This document shows, piece after piece, positions 1 through 9,520 of a DNA stretch of 47,961 nt. The stretch is from Gemmatimonadales bacterium. Lineage in GTDB: Bacteria; Gemmatimonadota; Gemmatimonadetes; Gemmatimonadales; GWC2-71-9. The translations under genes and the position numbers were made by a program. Positions within the stretch are counted from its first letter, which is position 1; each line of letters opens with the position of its first letter. Below the pieces are notes generated by a model. It was given only the letters and a program-made list of their open reading frames with translations. It was not told the DNA's origin and did no database searches. Where the stretch lies: assembly GCA_035456525.1 (NCBI GenBank), contig DATICZ010000026.1:1-47961 (forward strand), given 5' to 3'.

Positions 1-596
1 TCGCGGCCGTCGGGTGAGGGGACGGCGGTCGTCTCGAGCGCCGCAGGATCGGAGCCGACGTCGGCCTCGGTGAGCGCGAACGCCGACACGGCGCCCTTGG
101 CGAGCCGCGGGAAGTACTTCTTCTTCTGCTCCTCGGTTCCGAACATCTTGAGCGGCTGCGGCACGCCGATCGACTGGTGGGCCGAGAGCAGCGCGGTGAT
201 CGAACCGTCCACCGACGACACAAGCTCGATCGCTTTCATGTAGGAGAGCTGCGACAATCCCAGGCCGCCGTATTCGCGCGGGATCTTGATGCCGAACGCG
301 CCGATGTCCTTCAGGCCCTGGACCACGGCGGGCGGGATCTCGCCCTCGCGGTCAATGCGGTCCGAATCCACCTGCGACAGGAGCCGGGTGAGCTGTTCCA
401 GGAACGGCCGGGCCCGCTCGGCCTCCTGGGCGTCCTGCAGCGGGTAGGGATGGATCAGATCCATCCGCAGCTTGCCGAGGAACAGGTCCCGGACGAAGCT
501 CGGCGCCGCCCACTGCTCCTCGCGCGCCGCCTCGGCGACGGCGCGCGCCTCATCGGCGCTGACTTTGGGCTTGGGTTCGGCAGCGGTGGTAGTCAT
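1..596 (-). CDS. acyl-CoA dehydrogenase, N-terminal part (3' end outside window)
   Basis: Not in the ORF track because it runs off the window edge. My reverse-strand translation from the ATG at 596-594 reads MTTTAAEPKPKVSADEARAV...GIKIPREYGGLGLSQLSYMKAIELVSSVDGSITALLSAHQSIGVPQPLKMFGTEEQKKKYFPRLAKGAVSAFALTEADVGSDPAAL. This is the N-terminal/middle-domain pattern of long-chain (FadE/VLCAD-type) acyl-CoA dehydrogenases. Confidence 0.75.
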   Translation of the reverse strand, partial: MTTTAAEPKPKVSADEARAVAEAAREEQWAAPSFVRDLFLGKLRMDLIHPYPLQDAQEAERARPFLEQLTRLLSQVDSDRIDREGEIPPAVVQGLKDIGAFGIKIPREYGGLGLSQLSYMKAIELVSSVDGSITALLSAHQSIGVPQPLKMFGTEEQKKKYFPRLAKGAVSAFALTEADVGSDPAALETTAVPSPDGR

Positions 597-704
597 GCCC
601 GTAATGTAGCCCAGCGAAGCCCGAAAGTCGGGGACGCGCATCACCTTGACACCCCGGCTCGCACGGGGAGATTCGCCTCGCCCACACGCCCTCCGGAGCC
701 ACCC

Positions 705-2000
705 ATGCATCGTTTCGTATTGTGGTTCGGCCTGCTCATCCCCGCCGGCCTCGCCGCCCAGAATCCTCCCGCCGCTCCTCCTGAGCGCGTCTTCATAAAC
801 GCGGGCCGCTTGATCGACGGACGGTCCGACCAGGTCCAGACCAACATGGGGATCCTGATCGAAGGCCAGCGCATCACGGCGGTGGGCCCCCTCGCCCAGA
901 TCCAGGCCCGCGCGGGGAACGCCCGGGTCATCGACCTCTCGCAAATGACGGTGCTCCCCGGTCTGATCGATACGCACACGCACCTGCTGCTCCAGGGCGA
1001 TCCGACGAGCGCGTCCTACGATGAGCAGCTGCTGTATCAGTCCATCCCCTATCGCGCGATCCTCGCCGCGCGCGACGCCCGCTTGTCGCTCGAGCACGGC
1101 TTCACGGCGCTGCGCGACGTGGAAACCGAGGGCGCGATGTTCGCCGACGTGGACGTGAAGCTGGCCGTGAACCGGGGCGAGATTCCGGGCCCGCGCATCT
1201 TCGCTTCGACGCGCGCCATGGCGCCGACCGGGATGTACCCGATCCTCTCCCAGAACTGGGAGCTCGAGCTGCCGCACGGCGTGCAGCCGGTGGACGGCGT
1301 GGACGGGGCGCGCCTTGCGGTGCGCGAGCAGGTGGCGCACGGCGCCGATTGGATCAAGTACTACTCGGACCGGCGCTACTACTTCACGCCCGACTCGACG
1401 CTGCGCAGCTGGGTCAATTTCACTGACGCCGAGGCGAAGGCGATCGTGGACGAGGCGCACCGGCTCGGCCGCCGCGTGGCGGCGCACTGCATCGGCGCGG
1501 ACGGGATCGCCGCCGCGCTGCGCGCCGGGGTGAATTCCATCGAGCATGGCGACGGCATGACCGATTCGCTCATGGACGTCCTGGTGCGCCAGAACGTCTA
1601 CTGGGTCCCGACCGTCACCGTCGCCCATTACGTGGCGGACCCCCGCGGCGGCATCTGGAAGCCGATGGTGGCGTACCAGCGGGCGGCGTTCCAGCGCGCG
1701 GTGAAGAAGGGGGTCAAGATCGTTCTGGGGACCGACGCCGGCGGGTTTCCCTGGACCGAGATCAATCAGGCCAAGGAGTTCGAGTACTACGTCCAGTACG
1801 GCATGACCCCGATGCAGGCGATCAAGTCCGGGACCTCGCTGGCGGCCGAGCTGCTCGGCCAGCAGGAGAACTTCGGGACCATCGCCTCCGGATTGTTCGC
1901 GGACATCGTCGCCGTGGCGGGCGACCCGCTCAAGGACGTCACGGAACTCCAACGGGTCCGGTTCGTTATGAAGGGTGGCACCGTGTACCTTTCTCAATAG
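705..2000 (+). CDS. secreted metal-dependent amidohydrolase (imidazolonepropionase / Xaa-Pro dipeptidase-related family)
   Basis: Part of ORF 177..2000. The first 176 codons are an open-frame artefact over the divergent ACAD gene. The ATG at 705 opens a signal peptide, MHRFVLWFGLLIPAGLAAQ. LPGLIDTHTHLL (HxH metal site), AAHCIG, SIEHGD and LGTDAG motifs are present. Confidence 0.85.
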   Translation: MHRFVLWFGLLIPAGLAAQNPPAAPPERVFINAGRLIDGRSDQVQTNMGILIEGQRITAVGPLAQIQARAGNARVIDLSQMTVLPGLIDTHTHLLLQGDPTSASYDEQLLYQSIPYRAILAARDARLSLEHGFTALRDVETEGAMFADVDVKLAVNRGEIPGPRIFASTRAMAPTGMYPILSQNWELELPHGVQPVDGVDGARLAVREQVAHGADWIKYYSDRRYYFTPDSTLRSWVNFTDAEAKAIVDEAHRLGRRVAAHCIGADGIAAALRAGVNSIEHGDGMTDSLMDVLVRQNVYWVPTVTVAHYVADPRGGIWKPMVAYQRAAFQRAVKKGVKIVLGTDAGGFPWTEINQAKEFEYYVQYGMTPMQAIKSGTSLAAELLGQQENFGTIASGLFADIVAVAGDPLKDVTELQRVRFVMKGGTVYLSQ

Positions 2001-4471
2001 TGCGACGCGTCCTCACCACCCTCGCAGGGCTCGCGCTCGGCGCCGCCGGTTCCGGATGGGCTCAGCAACTCGCCCCCGCCGGAACCGGCGGCGTCGCGGC
2101 GTTGGCGAACGCGCTGGAGCAGCTGGGGAGCACCAAGCGGGTGCTGGTCATCGGGGCCCACCCCGACGACGAGGACACCCAGCTGCTCACCTGGCTGTCG
2201 CGCGGCCTGGGCGCCCAGGCGGCGTACCTCGCGCTGAACCGCGGGGAAGGCGGGCAGAACCTGATCGGTCCGGAGCTCGGGCCGGAACTGGGCATCATCC
2301 GCTCCGAGGAGCTGCTCGGCGCGCGCGCGGTCGACGGGGCGCGGCAGTTCTTCACCCGTGCCTACGACTTCGGCTTTTCCAGGTCCGCCGACGAGACATA
2401 CCGGTTCTGGTCAGGCGATACCCTGTTGCGCGACGTGCTGGACGTGATCCGCCGGTTCCGGCCCCAGGTCATCGTCTCGATCTTCTCAGGCACGCCCCGT
2501 GACGGCCACGGCCACCACCAGGTGGCGGGGATCCTCGCGCGGCAGGCCTTCGATCTGGTGAAGGATTCGAGTTGGGGACCGGTCAAGCTCTATCGCTCCA
2601 CGTTCTTCGACACGGCGTCCACGACGCTGACGATTCCGACCGGTGGCCTCGACCCCATCCTCGGCCAGTCCTATTACCAGATCGCCATGGCGGGCCGCAG
2701 CCGGCACCGGTCCCAGGACATGGGCCAGCTGCAGCGCCCCGGACCCGCCCAGACGCGGCTCGCGCTGATCGAGTCGCGGGTGGGCACTGCGCCGGGCGTC
2801 TTCGCCGGGGTCGATACCGTCTGGCACGGCCGCGAACGGTTCCGCGCGCTGATCGACTCCGCGCGCGCCCGGCTCAATCCGTACGCCCCCGACGGGATCG
2901 CACCGTTCCTCGCGCGCGCGCTCTCACTCCTGGGTCCCGATGACGGTGAGCAGCGGGCGATTCTCGAGCGCGCGCTCGCCAACGCCGCCAACGTCGTGGT
3001 GGACGGCGTCGCCGACGATGGAATCGTGATCCCCGGTGAGCGGGTGCAGCTCGAGGTGTCCATCTGGAACGCCGGCGCCGCGCCCGTCCCGGTGGACGCA
3101 ATCGAGTTCGCGGCGCCCGCGGGCTGGCGGATCGAGCAAGTAGAGCCGGCCGCGGGAACGGTCGCCCCCAACACGTTGTTGACGCGCCGGTTCGCCGTGA
3201 CCGTGGCGCCCGAGGCGCCGCGGTCGCAGCCCTACTACCTGCAGCGGCCGCTGCCGGGCGCGATGTACGACTGGAGCGGCGTGCCCGCGGAGGTCCGCGG
3301 CCTGCCGTTCGAGCCGCCGCCGCTCGTGGCGCGCGTCCGCTGCACCATCGGCGGCGCACCCGTCACGCTCACACGCGAGATCGTGTACCGCTATCGCGAT
3401 CAAGCGAACGGCGAGATCCGCCGCCCGCTGCTCGTGACCGGGCCCTTCGACGTCGCGGTGACGCCGGGTCTCATCGTCTGGCCCGCGAGCGGAACGACCG
3501 TCGCGGAGCGGACCGTGATGGTGTCGGTCACGAACCGCTCGCGCGGCAGCGCCACGGCCTCGGTCCGGCTCACCGTGCCCCCGGGTTGGGCCCCGCCGCC
3601 GCCGGAGACGCTGGCGTTCAGCCAGGAAGACGAGTCCCGCAGCGTGACGTTCAGCGTGCGCCTGCCGCCCAATGCGCAGCCCGGCTCGTTCACGTTCCGG
3701 GCCACGGCGACCGGCGCGGACGGCGTGCCCAGCCGTGACGCGCTCACGATCATCGACTATCCGCACATCCGCCCGCGCCCGTCGGTGCACGCCTCCACGG
3801 TCCAGATCGAGGTGGCGAAGATCCTGCTGCCTGGCCTCGCCCGCGTGGGCTACGTGCGCGGCGCGTCCGATCGCGTGCCCGAGGCACTTGCGGAAGTCGG
3901 CGTGCCGATCGTGATGCTCGATGGCGATTCGCTCGAGCGCGGCGACTTGTCGCGCTACGATGCCATCGTGATCGGCAGCCGGGCTTACGAGACCGACACG
4001 GCCCTCGTGGCCTCGAACGGCCGTCTGCTCGACTACGCGCGCGCCGGCGGACTGCTCATCGTCCAGTACCAGCAGTACCCGTTCATCAGCGGAGGCTATG
4101 CGCCGTTCCGGATGACCATCGCGCGACCGCACGACCGCGTGACCGACGAGACCGCGCCCGCCACGCCGATCGTCCCGGGCAGTCCCGTCTTCCACAGCCC
4201 GAACCAGATCACCGACGACGACTGGCAGGGGTGGGTGCAGGAGCGCGGGCTGTACTTCGCGCACGACTGGGATTCCACCTACGTCCCCGTCCTGGAGATG
4301 CACGACCCGGGCAGTCCGCCGCTCACGGGGGGCCTGCTGATCGCGCCGCTGGGGCGGGGCACCTACGTGTACACCGGGTTGAGCTTCTTCCGGGAACTGC
4401 CGGCGGGAGTCGTCGGGGCGTACCGGTTGTTTGCGAACCTGCTGGGGCTCAAGGTGAAGAATGTTCCGTAG
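2000..4471 (+). CDS. PIG-L/LmbE-family deacetylase fused to a long C-terminal region ending in a class-I glutamine-amidotransferase-like (ThuA/DJ-1 fold) domain
   Basis: 823-aa ORF with a signal-like N-terminus. It carries VLVIGAHPDDEDTQ and DGHGHHQ zinc-site motifs of LmbE/PIG-L. The C-terminus reads YDAIVIGSRAYETD...GGLLIVQYQQ. The GTG start overlaps the upstream TAG by 1 nt. Confidence 0.8.
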   Translation: MRRVLTTLAGLALGAAGSGWAQQLAPAGTGGVAALANALEQLGSTKRVLVIGAHPDDEDTQLLTWLSRGLGAQAAYLALNRGEGGQNLIGPELGPELGIIRSEELLGARAVDGARQFFTRAYDFGFSRSADETYRFWSGDTLLRDVLDVIRRFRPQVIVSIFSGTPRDGHGHHQVAGILARQAFDLVKDSSWGPVKLYRSTFFDTASTTLTIPTGGLDPILGQSYYQIAMAGRSRHRSQDMGQLQRPGPAQTRLALIESRVGTAPGVFAGVDTVWHGRERFRALIDSARARLNPYAPDGIAPFLARALSLLGPDDGEQRAILERALANAANVVVDGVADDGIVIPGERVQLEVSIWNAGAAPVPVDAIEFAAPAGWRIEQVEPAAGTVAPNTLLTRRFAVTVAPEAPRSQPYYLQRPLPGAMYDWSGVPAEVRGLPFEPPPLVARVRCTIGGAPVTLTREIVYRYRDQANGEIRRPLLVTGPFDVAVTPGLIVWPASGTTVAERTVMVSVTNRSRGSATASVRLTVPPGWAPPPPETLAFSQEDESRSVTFSVRLPPNAQPGSFTFRATATGADGVPSRDALTIIDYPHIRPRPSVHASTVQIEVAKILLPGLARVGYVRGASDRVPEALAEVGVPIVMLDGDSLERGDLSRYDAIVIGSRAYETDTALVASNGRLLDYARAGGLLIVQYQQYPFISGGYAPFRMTIARPHDRVTDETAPATPIVPGSPVFHSPNQITDDDWQGWVQERGLYFAHDWDSTYVPVLEMHDPGSPPLTGGLLIAPLGRGTYVYTGLSFFRELPAGVVGAYRLFANLLGLKVKNVP

Positions 4472-5552
4472 CCGGAGCACAAAGCACGGAGCAGGGAGCA
4501 GGGGTGCGCACCGTAGCAGACTGCTCCCTGCTCTGTGCTCGGTGGTCTTGGGGTGCAGTGGGGGGGGCAAGACTCCCCTCGTCATCTACACCCCCCACGG
4601 CCGCGACCTGTTGACGCTCCTCAAGGGGCGCTACGAGCAGTTGCACCCGGACGTGGACATCCGCTGGCTCGATATGGGATCGCAGGAAGTGTACGACCGC
4701 GTCCGCAGCGAGCGCGCCAATCCCCAGGGAGACGTCTGGTTCGGTGGCCCGGCCTCGATCTTCGCCCTCGGCGCCGGCGACTCGCTGCTCGAGCCCTATC
4801 ACCCGACCTGGGCGGACCACATCAGTCCCGAGGGCCGCGGGCCGGCCGATCTGTACTTCTCCGCGTACGAAACACCCGCCGTGATCGTCTATGCCGAGCA
4901 GGCGCTGACGCCGGCGCAGGCGCCACAGGATTGGGACGATCTCCTGGATCCGAAGTGGAAAGGCAAAATCCTGATTCGCGACCCGATCGCCTCGGGGACG
5001 ATGCGCGCCGTGTGGGGGATGATCATCGAGCGCGGCTTGAAGCAGACCGGTGACACGGCCGCCGGCTTCGGCTGGCTGCGGCGTCTCGACGCGCAAACGA
5101 AAGAATACGTGCTCAACGGGCCGCTGCTGGACCAGAAGATCGTCCGCCAGGAAGGTCTGGTGACGATCTGGGACCTCCCCGACATCCAGATCAACAAACG
5201 CGACGGCCTGCCGTTGGGCTACGTCTTCCCGAAGAGCGGTACGCCGGCGATCGAGGACGCGATCGGGGTGATCCGCAATGCGCCGCACCGCGACGCGGCG
5301 CGCGCCTTCGTCGAGTGGGTCGGGAGCACCGAGGCGCAGCTCGTCGCCGCGCGCGAGGCGTATCGGCTGCCGGCGCGGGAAGACCTCCCGGTCGACTCGC
5401 TCCCCGACTGGGTGCGGGAGGTGCGCAGCCGTCTCGTCACCGCCGACATGGACTGGGACCTGCTGGCCCGGCAGGGCGGCGCGTGGATGCGGTACTGGGA
5501 CGAGCACGTCCGGGGGAAGGGAGACGGGGGAAGGGGGAAGGGTGGGCGTTGA
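4461..5552 (+). CDS. ABC transporter substrate-binding lipoprotein, Fe(3+)/thiamine (family 1) type
   Basis: Has a lipobox (VVLGCSGG). PLVIYTPHGRDLL...GDVWFGGPA...LIRDPIASGT is typical of FbpA/AfuA-like SBPs. It is followed by a cognate ATPase and a fused permease. It has a Gly/Lys/Arg tail, RGKGDGGRGKGGR. Confidence 0.85.
   Translation: MFRSRSTKHGAGSRGAHRSRLLPALCSVVLGCSGGGKTPLVIYTPHGRDLLTLLKGRYEQLHPDVDIRWLDMGSQEVYDRVRSERANPQGDVWFGGPASIFALGAGDSLLEPYHPTWADHISPEGRGPADLYFSAYETPAVIVYAEQALTPAQAPQDWDDLLDPKWKGKILIRDPIASGTMRAVWGMIIERGLKQTGDTAAGFGWLRRLDAQTKEYVLNGPLLDQKIVRQEGLVTIWDLPDIQINKRDGLPLGYVFPKSGTPAIEDAIGVIRNAPHRDAARAFVEWVGSTEAQLVAAREAYRLPAREDLPVDSLPDWVREVRSRLVTADMDWDLLARQGGAWMRYWDEHVRGKGDGGRGKGGR
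5512..5546 (+). other. G-quadruplex-type purine tract at the SBP stop / ATPase start junction
   Basis: GGGGG-AA-GGG-AGAC-GGGGG-AA-GGGGG-AA-GGG-T-GGG gives six G3+ runs on the sense strand. It encodes the RGKGDGGRGKGG tail and contains the SD and GTG (5542) of the ATPase gene. Confidence 0.4.
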
Positions 5553-6555
5553 GGAGGCGTTTCTCTCGCTCGACGAGCTTCGCGTCCGCTTCAGCGACAC
5601 CGTCACGATAGGACCGGTTTCCCTCACCATCGCGCGGGGGGAGATCCTCGCGCTACTGGGTCCGTCTGGGAGCGGCAAGACTACCCTGCTGCGGATGCTG
5701 GCGGGGTTCGAGCGGCCCGACGGCGGCACGGTACGGATCGAGGGCGAGGATGTCACGGCGGTGCCGCCCGCGCGACGCCGGGTGGGGATGGTGTTTCAGC
5801 ATTACGCTCTGTTTCCGCATCTCGATGTCGGGGAGAACGTCGCGTTCGGACTCCACGGGAAGGGGAAAGCGGGAAGGGGGAGGGGGGAGATCGTGGCGGA
5901 GGTGCTCTCCCTCGTGGATCTCGCCGGGTTCGAGCGGCGCAAGGTGCAGGAGCTGTCGGGCGGGCAGCAGCAGCGGGTGGCGCTGGCGCGGGCGCTGGCT
6001 CCCGCGCCCCGGGTCCTGGCGCTGGACGAGCCGCTCTCCAATCTCGATCCCTCGTTGCGCGAGCGCACGCGCCGCGAGCTGCGCCAGCTCATCAAGCGCA
6101 TCGGCATCACGGCCGTCTTCGTCACGCACGAGCAGGAAGAGGCGTTCGATCTGGGGGACCGGGTGGCCGTGTTGAGCGCCGGTCGCTTGAACCAGGTCGG
6201 CACGCCGGAGGATCTGTACGAGCGTCCGGCCAACCTGTTCGTGGGGACGTTCGTGGGTCGCGCCAACGTGCTGCGCGGTGCGGCGGCGCGCGCGCTCGGC
6301 GCCACCGACGGCGAAGTGATCCTGGTGCGCCCCGAGCAGCTGCGCTTCGGTGCCGGAGCGGGAGAACGTAGCGGCCTGAACGGCGTGGTGGCCGAGCGCC
6401 GCTACACCGGCGCCGCGGCGTTCTTCCAGGTCGATCTCGAGGCGGGGGAGCGGGTGGAGGTGGAAGCCGAGCCGCGGGCGGCGCGCGTGGGCGATCGCGT
6501 CTGCATCGTGGCGGTGCGCACGCTGCGCCTCGCGGATCGACAGGGGGAAGTGTGA
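5542..6555 (+). CDS. ABC transporter ATP-binding protein (FbpC/PotA-like)
   Basis: Residue 89 (GTG) of ORF 5278..6555. It has Walker A GPSGSGKTT, signature LSGGQQQRVALARAL, Walker B VLALDEPLSNLD and H-loop FVTHEQEEA. The start overlaps the SBP stop by 11 nt. Confidence 0.9.
   Translation: MGVEEAFLSLDELRVRFSDTVTIGPVSLTIARGEILALLGPSGSGKTTLLRMLAGFERPDGGTVRIEGEDVTAVPPARRRVGMVFQHYALFPHLDVGENVAFGLHGKGKAGRGRGEIVAEVLSLVDLAGFERRKVQELSGGQQQRVALARALAPAPRVLALDEPLSNLDPSLRERTRRELRQLIKRIGITAVFVTHEQEEAFDLGDRVAVLSAGRLNQVGTPEDLYERPANLFVGTFVGRANVLRGAAARALGATDGEVILVRPEQLRFGAGAGERSGLNGVVAERRYTGAAAFFQVDLEAGERVEVEAEPRAARVGDRVCIVAVRTLRLADRQGEV
5857..5887 (+). other. second G-quadruplex-type purine tract inside the ABC ATPase gene
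   Basis: GGG-AA-GGGG-AAAGC-GGG-AA-GGGGG-A-GGGGGG encodes GKGKAGRGRG between the Q-loop region and the helical subdomain. Confidence 0.35.
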
Positions 6556-8189
6556 CGCGCAACCGGGGTGGGGGACGGAGCTGGCCGGCCGGTGTGGCGC
6601 TCACGCTGTTGCTGGCCTGGCTCGTGCTCTATCCCATCGTGCTGCTGGTGGTGGACGGCCTGCAAGGCGACGCGCTGCGCACGTTCGTCGCGCGGAGCGG
6701 GGAGTGGCGCGCGTTGTGGGCGAGCGTGTGGATCTCGCTCGCCAGCGTGGTCCTGGCGGCCGGAATCGGCGTGCCGCTGGCGTTCCTGTTCGAGTGGTTC
6801 GAGTTCCCGGGGCGCAAATTGCTGGGGTCGCTGATCGCGCTCCCCGCCGTGCTGCCGCCCTTCGTCGGCGTCATCGCGTTCCTGTTCCTGTACGGCGAGT
6901 CGGGCTTCGCCGCGCGCTTCCTCCAGTTCGTGTTCCGGTTCCAACAGGCGCCGTGGCACCTGCAGGGGGCCGGGGCGATCCTCCTGGTGCACGCGTACTC
7001 GATGTACGTGTACTTCTACCTGTTCGCGCGTGCCGGGCTGGCCCGGCTCGACGCCGCCACACTGGAGGCGGCGCAGGCGCTCGGGGCCGGGCGGTGGCGG
7101 ACCATCGTCCGGGTCGTGCTGCCGCTGATCCGTCCGTCGCTCGCGGGCGCGGCGCTGCTCACCTTCATGACCTCGCTCGGCTCGTTCAGTGCGCCGTACG
7201 TGTTCGGCGGCGGCTTCCGGGTGATGACCACCCAGATCTTCGCCTCGAAGCAGAACGGCGAGCTGGGCGTGGCGATGGTAGAGACCGTGGCGCTGGCGTT
7301 GGTCGCCCTGGCGGGTCTCGTCTTGCTGCGGCGCACCGAGGGGGACGCCATCCTCGCCGGCCTGGGGAAGGGGACGGCTCCGCGGCGGCGCGCCCTGCGC
7401 CGTCCGCTGGTGCGGGCCGCCACGACGCTCGCGGGCTGGGGGCTCGCGGTGCTGCTCCTGCTGCCGCACGCGACGCTGGTGCTCGTGTCCCTCGTTCCCT
7501 ACGCAACCTGGACGACCGAGACGCTGCCGCCGGTCTTAAGCTTGGTGAACTATGGGCGCCTGTTCGCCGAGCCTGAGCGGCTCGAGCCGCTGGTGAATTC
7601 GTTCTGGATGGCCGCGGTGAGCACGAGTCTGGCCGTCGCGGTCGGGCTGGCGGCGGGGTGGCTCGTGGTGCGGCGCCGAGTGGCGCTGCGTCGCTGGATC
7701 GAAGGGTTGCTCGCGTTGCCCTGGGCCCTGCCCGGCACGGTATTCGCCATCGCGTTGGCGACGGCGTTCAGCGTGTCGGCCCCGGCGCAGCTGCGCTGGA
7801 TCCTGGTCGGCACCGTGGTGCTCCTGCCGCTCGCGTATTTCGTGCGGAATCTCCCGGTCACGGGGCGGGCGATCCTCGCCGGGTACCGGCAGCTCGACCC
7901 CGCGCTCGAGGAAGCGGCGGCGAGCCTGGGCGCGGGCGGGTGGCGTACGTTGCGGCGCGTGACGCTGCCGCAGCTCAAACCCGCGCTCGCCGCGGGGGCG
8001 AGTCTCGCGTTCGTGGGGGCACTGGGTGACTTCGTGACCTCGATCCTGCTCTACACGTATCGCAACCGTCCCATCTCGATGGAGATCAATGCGGCGCTGC
8101 GGGTGAACGAGATCGGCGTGGCGGCGGCGTTCGGCGTCGTGCTGATGGCGGTGAGCGCGATCGTTCTGTCGATCGGAGCGCGCCGGTGA
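6552..8189 (+). CDS. ABC transporter permease, two fused permease halves (FbpB/ThiP-like)
   Basis: 545 aa and strongly hydrophobic. It has two EAA loops: LEAAQALGAGRWRTIVRVVLPLIRP and LEEAAASLGAGGWRTLRRVTLPQLKP. It shares a 4-nt stop/start overlap with the ATPase gene. Confidence 0.9.
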   Translation: MTRNRGGGRSWPAGVALTLLLAWLVLYPIVLLVVDGLQGDALRTFVARSGEWRALWASVWISLASVVLAAGIGVPLAFLFEWFEFPGRKLLGSLIALPAVLPPFVGVIAFLFLYGESGFAARFLQFVFRFQQAPWHLQGAGAILLVHAYSMYVYFYLFARAGLARLDAATLEAAQALGAGRWRTIVRVVLPLIRPSLAGAALLTFMTSLGSFSAPYVFGGGFRVMTTQIFASKQNGELGVAMVETVALALVALAGLVLLRRTEGDAILAGLGKGTAPRRRALRRPLVRAATTLAGWGLAVLLLLPHATLVLVSLVPYATWTTETLPPVLSLVNYGRLFAEPERLEPLVNSFWMAAVSTSLAVAVGLAAGWLVVRRRVALRRWIEGLLALPWALPGTVFAIALATAFSVSAPAQLRWILVGTVVLLPLAYFVRNLPVTGRAILAGYRQLDPALEEAAASLGAGGWRTLRRVTLPQLKPALAAGASLAFVGALGDFVTSILLYTYRNRPISMEINAALRVNEIGVAAAFGVVLMAVSAIVLSIGARR

Positions 8190-9418
8190 AGCGACTCTCG
8201 GTGCTGATGGCGGTCTGCTTCGTGGACATGCTGGGGCTGATGCTGGTGGCGCCGCTGATGGCGTTCTACGCCCTGCGGCTCCACGCGCCGGAGTGGCTGG
8301 TGGGCCCGCTGATCGCGGCGTTCGCGGTGGCCCAGCTCGTGTCGTCGCCGGTGTGGGGGAAGTTTTCGGACCGCTATGGCCGGCGGCCCGCGGTGATGAT
8401 CGGGCTCGCCGCCTCGGCCTTCGCCTATCTCATTTTCGGGTTCGCGAACAGCCTGTGGTTGCTGTTTGCGTCGCGCATCGTGCAGGGGTTGGGCGGCGGC
8501 ACGACGGGCGTCGCCCAGGCCTACGTCGCCGACACGATGGAGCCGAACGAGCGCGCCAAGGCCCTCGGCTGGCTCTCCGCCGCGACGAGCGCCGGCGTGG
8601 TCATCGGCCCATTCATCGGTTCGGCAGCCTACAATTTCGGAGTCGCAGCGCCCGGGATCGTCGCCGCGGTACTGTCGCTCGTGAATGTGGTGTTCGCCTG
8701 GAAGTGGTTGCCCGAATCGCGCGTCGGACACGCGCGTACGCCCAGCGGGCATTTCGCCGGGACGCCCGGCGCCCGCACGGTCAAGCAGGCGTTGCTGGAG
8801 ATCGTGTCCCACCCCAACCGGCCGGCCCATCGGGTCATCTGGATCTACGTGGTGGGCATGCTCGCGTTGAACATCGTCATCGGCGTGCTGGCGCTCTACC
8901 TGAAGGATACGTTCGGCGTCACCGAGAAGACGATCGGCTATTTCTTCCCGATCTTCGGCGCGGTGGGCGTGCTGATGCGCGCCTCTCTCGTCGGCTGGAT
9001 CAACCACCGGATCGGAGAAGTCCGCACCATGCAGCTGGGCATCCTCCTGCTCATCATCGGGCTCGTGCTGATGCCGCTGCCGGCCGCCGTGCTGCCGCCG
9101 TCGGCCGCATTGCCGTTGTTCATCGTGTGCCTCGCGCTCCAGCCGGCCGGGACGGCGCTGCTCTTCCCGGCCTCCACCTCGCTCGTCAGCCAGCGCGTCG
9201 AGCGCCAGGAATTCGGGCTCGTGATGGGCGCGCAACAGACCTTTCGCGGGATCATGAGCATCATCGGTCCGATCGGGGCGACGGTGGCGTTCGACGGCCT
9301 GGGCCACGGCGTGCCGTTCCTCATGGCCGCGGCGATCGTGGCGTACGCCGGCGTCCTCGCGGCCCGCGAGCGGCGGGTGGGGCCGGTCGGGTCGGCGGCC
9401 TCCGTGAGCCCCATCTAA
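8186..9418 (+). CDS. MFS transporter (drug/H+ antiporter-like)
   Basis: 410 aa with about 12 hydrophobic segments and MFS motif A, GKFSDRYGRRP. It shares a 4-nt overlap with the upstream permease. Confidence 0.85.
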   Translation: MKRLSVLMAVCFVDMLGLMLVAPLMAFYALRLHAPEWLVGPLIAAFAVAQLVSSPVWGKFSDRYGRRPAVMIGLAASAFAYLIFGFANSLWLLFASRIVQGLGGGTTGVAQAYVADTMEPNERAKALGWLSAATSAGVVIGPFIGSAAYNFGVAAPGIVAAVLSLVNVVFAWKWLPESRVGHARTPSGHFAGTPGARTVKQALLEIVSHPNRPAHRVIWIYVVGMLALNIVIGVLALYLKDTFGVTEKTIGYFFPIFGAVGVLMRASLVGWINHRIGEVRTMQLGILLLIIGLVLMPLPAAVLPPSAALPLFIVCLALQPAGTALLFPASTSLVSQRVERQEFGLVMGAQQTFRGIMSIIGPIGATVAFDGLGHGVPFLMAAAIVAYAGVLAARERRVGPVGSAASVSPI

Positions 9419-9520
9419 AGGGGCCTTCACCCGGTCTTCAGAGTCTTCCTCCTCCCGCCTACCTACAGTCCACCACGTTCATTTCGATTTGCCCAGCCCA
9501 TCCCCTGCTGGAGAATTGGC

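Noticed and set aside
177-704. N-terminal extensions given by the ORF track: 177..704, 5278..5541, 14152..14886, 16610..16900, 19111..19518, 29026..29883, 29170..29346, 31459..31632, 44912..45340, 45284..46531
   Set aside because: The upstream parts are Arg/Pro-rich. They overlap neighbouring genes or promoters and precede an internal start followed by a signal peptide or a family-typical N-terminus, often with stop/start coupling to the upstream gene.
2924-4585. Other long antisense or off-frame ORFs: 2924..4585-, 8051..9430-, 17317..18858-, 20444..22141-, 24051..26093+, 26132..28030+, 26190..27842-, 33284..35029-, 36452..38794-, 38754..39947-, 41173..42759+
   Set aside because: All overlap genes with clear catalytic or structural motifs. 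They have Arg/Pro/Gly/Ala-rich low-complexity translations and no motifs. Stop-codon scarcity at high G+C explains their length.
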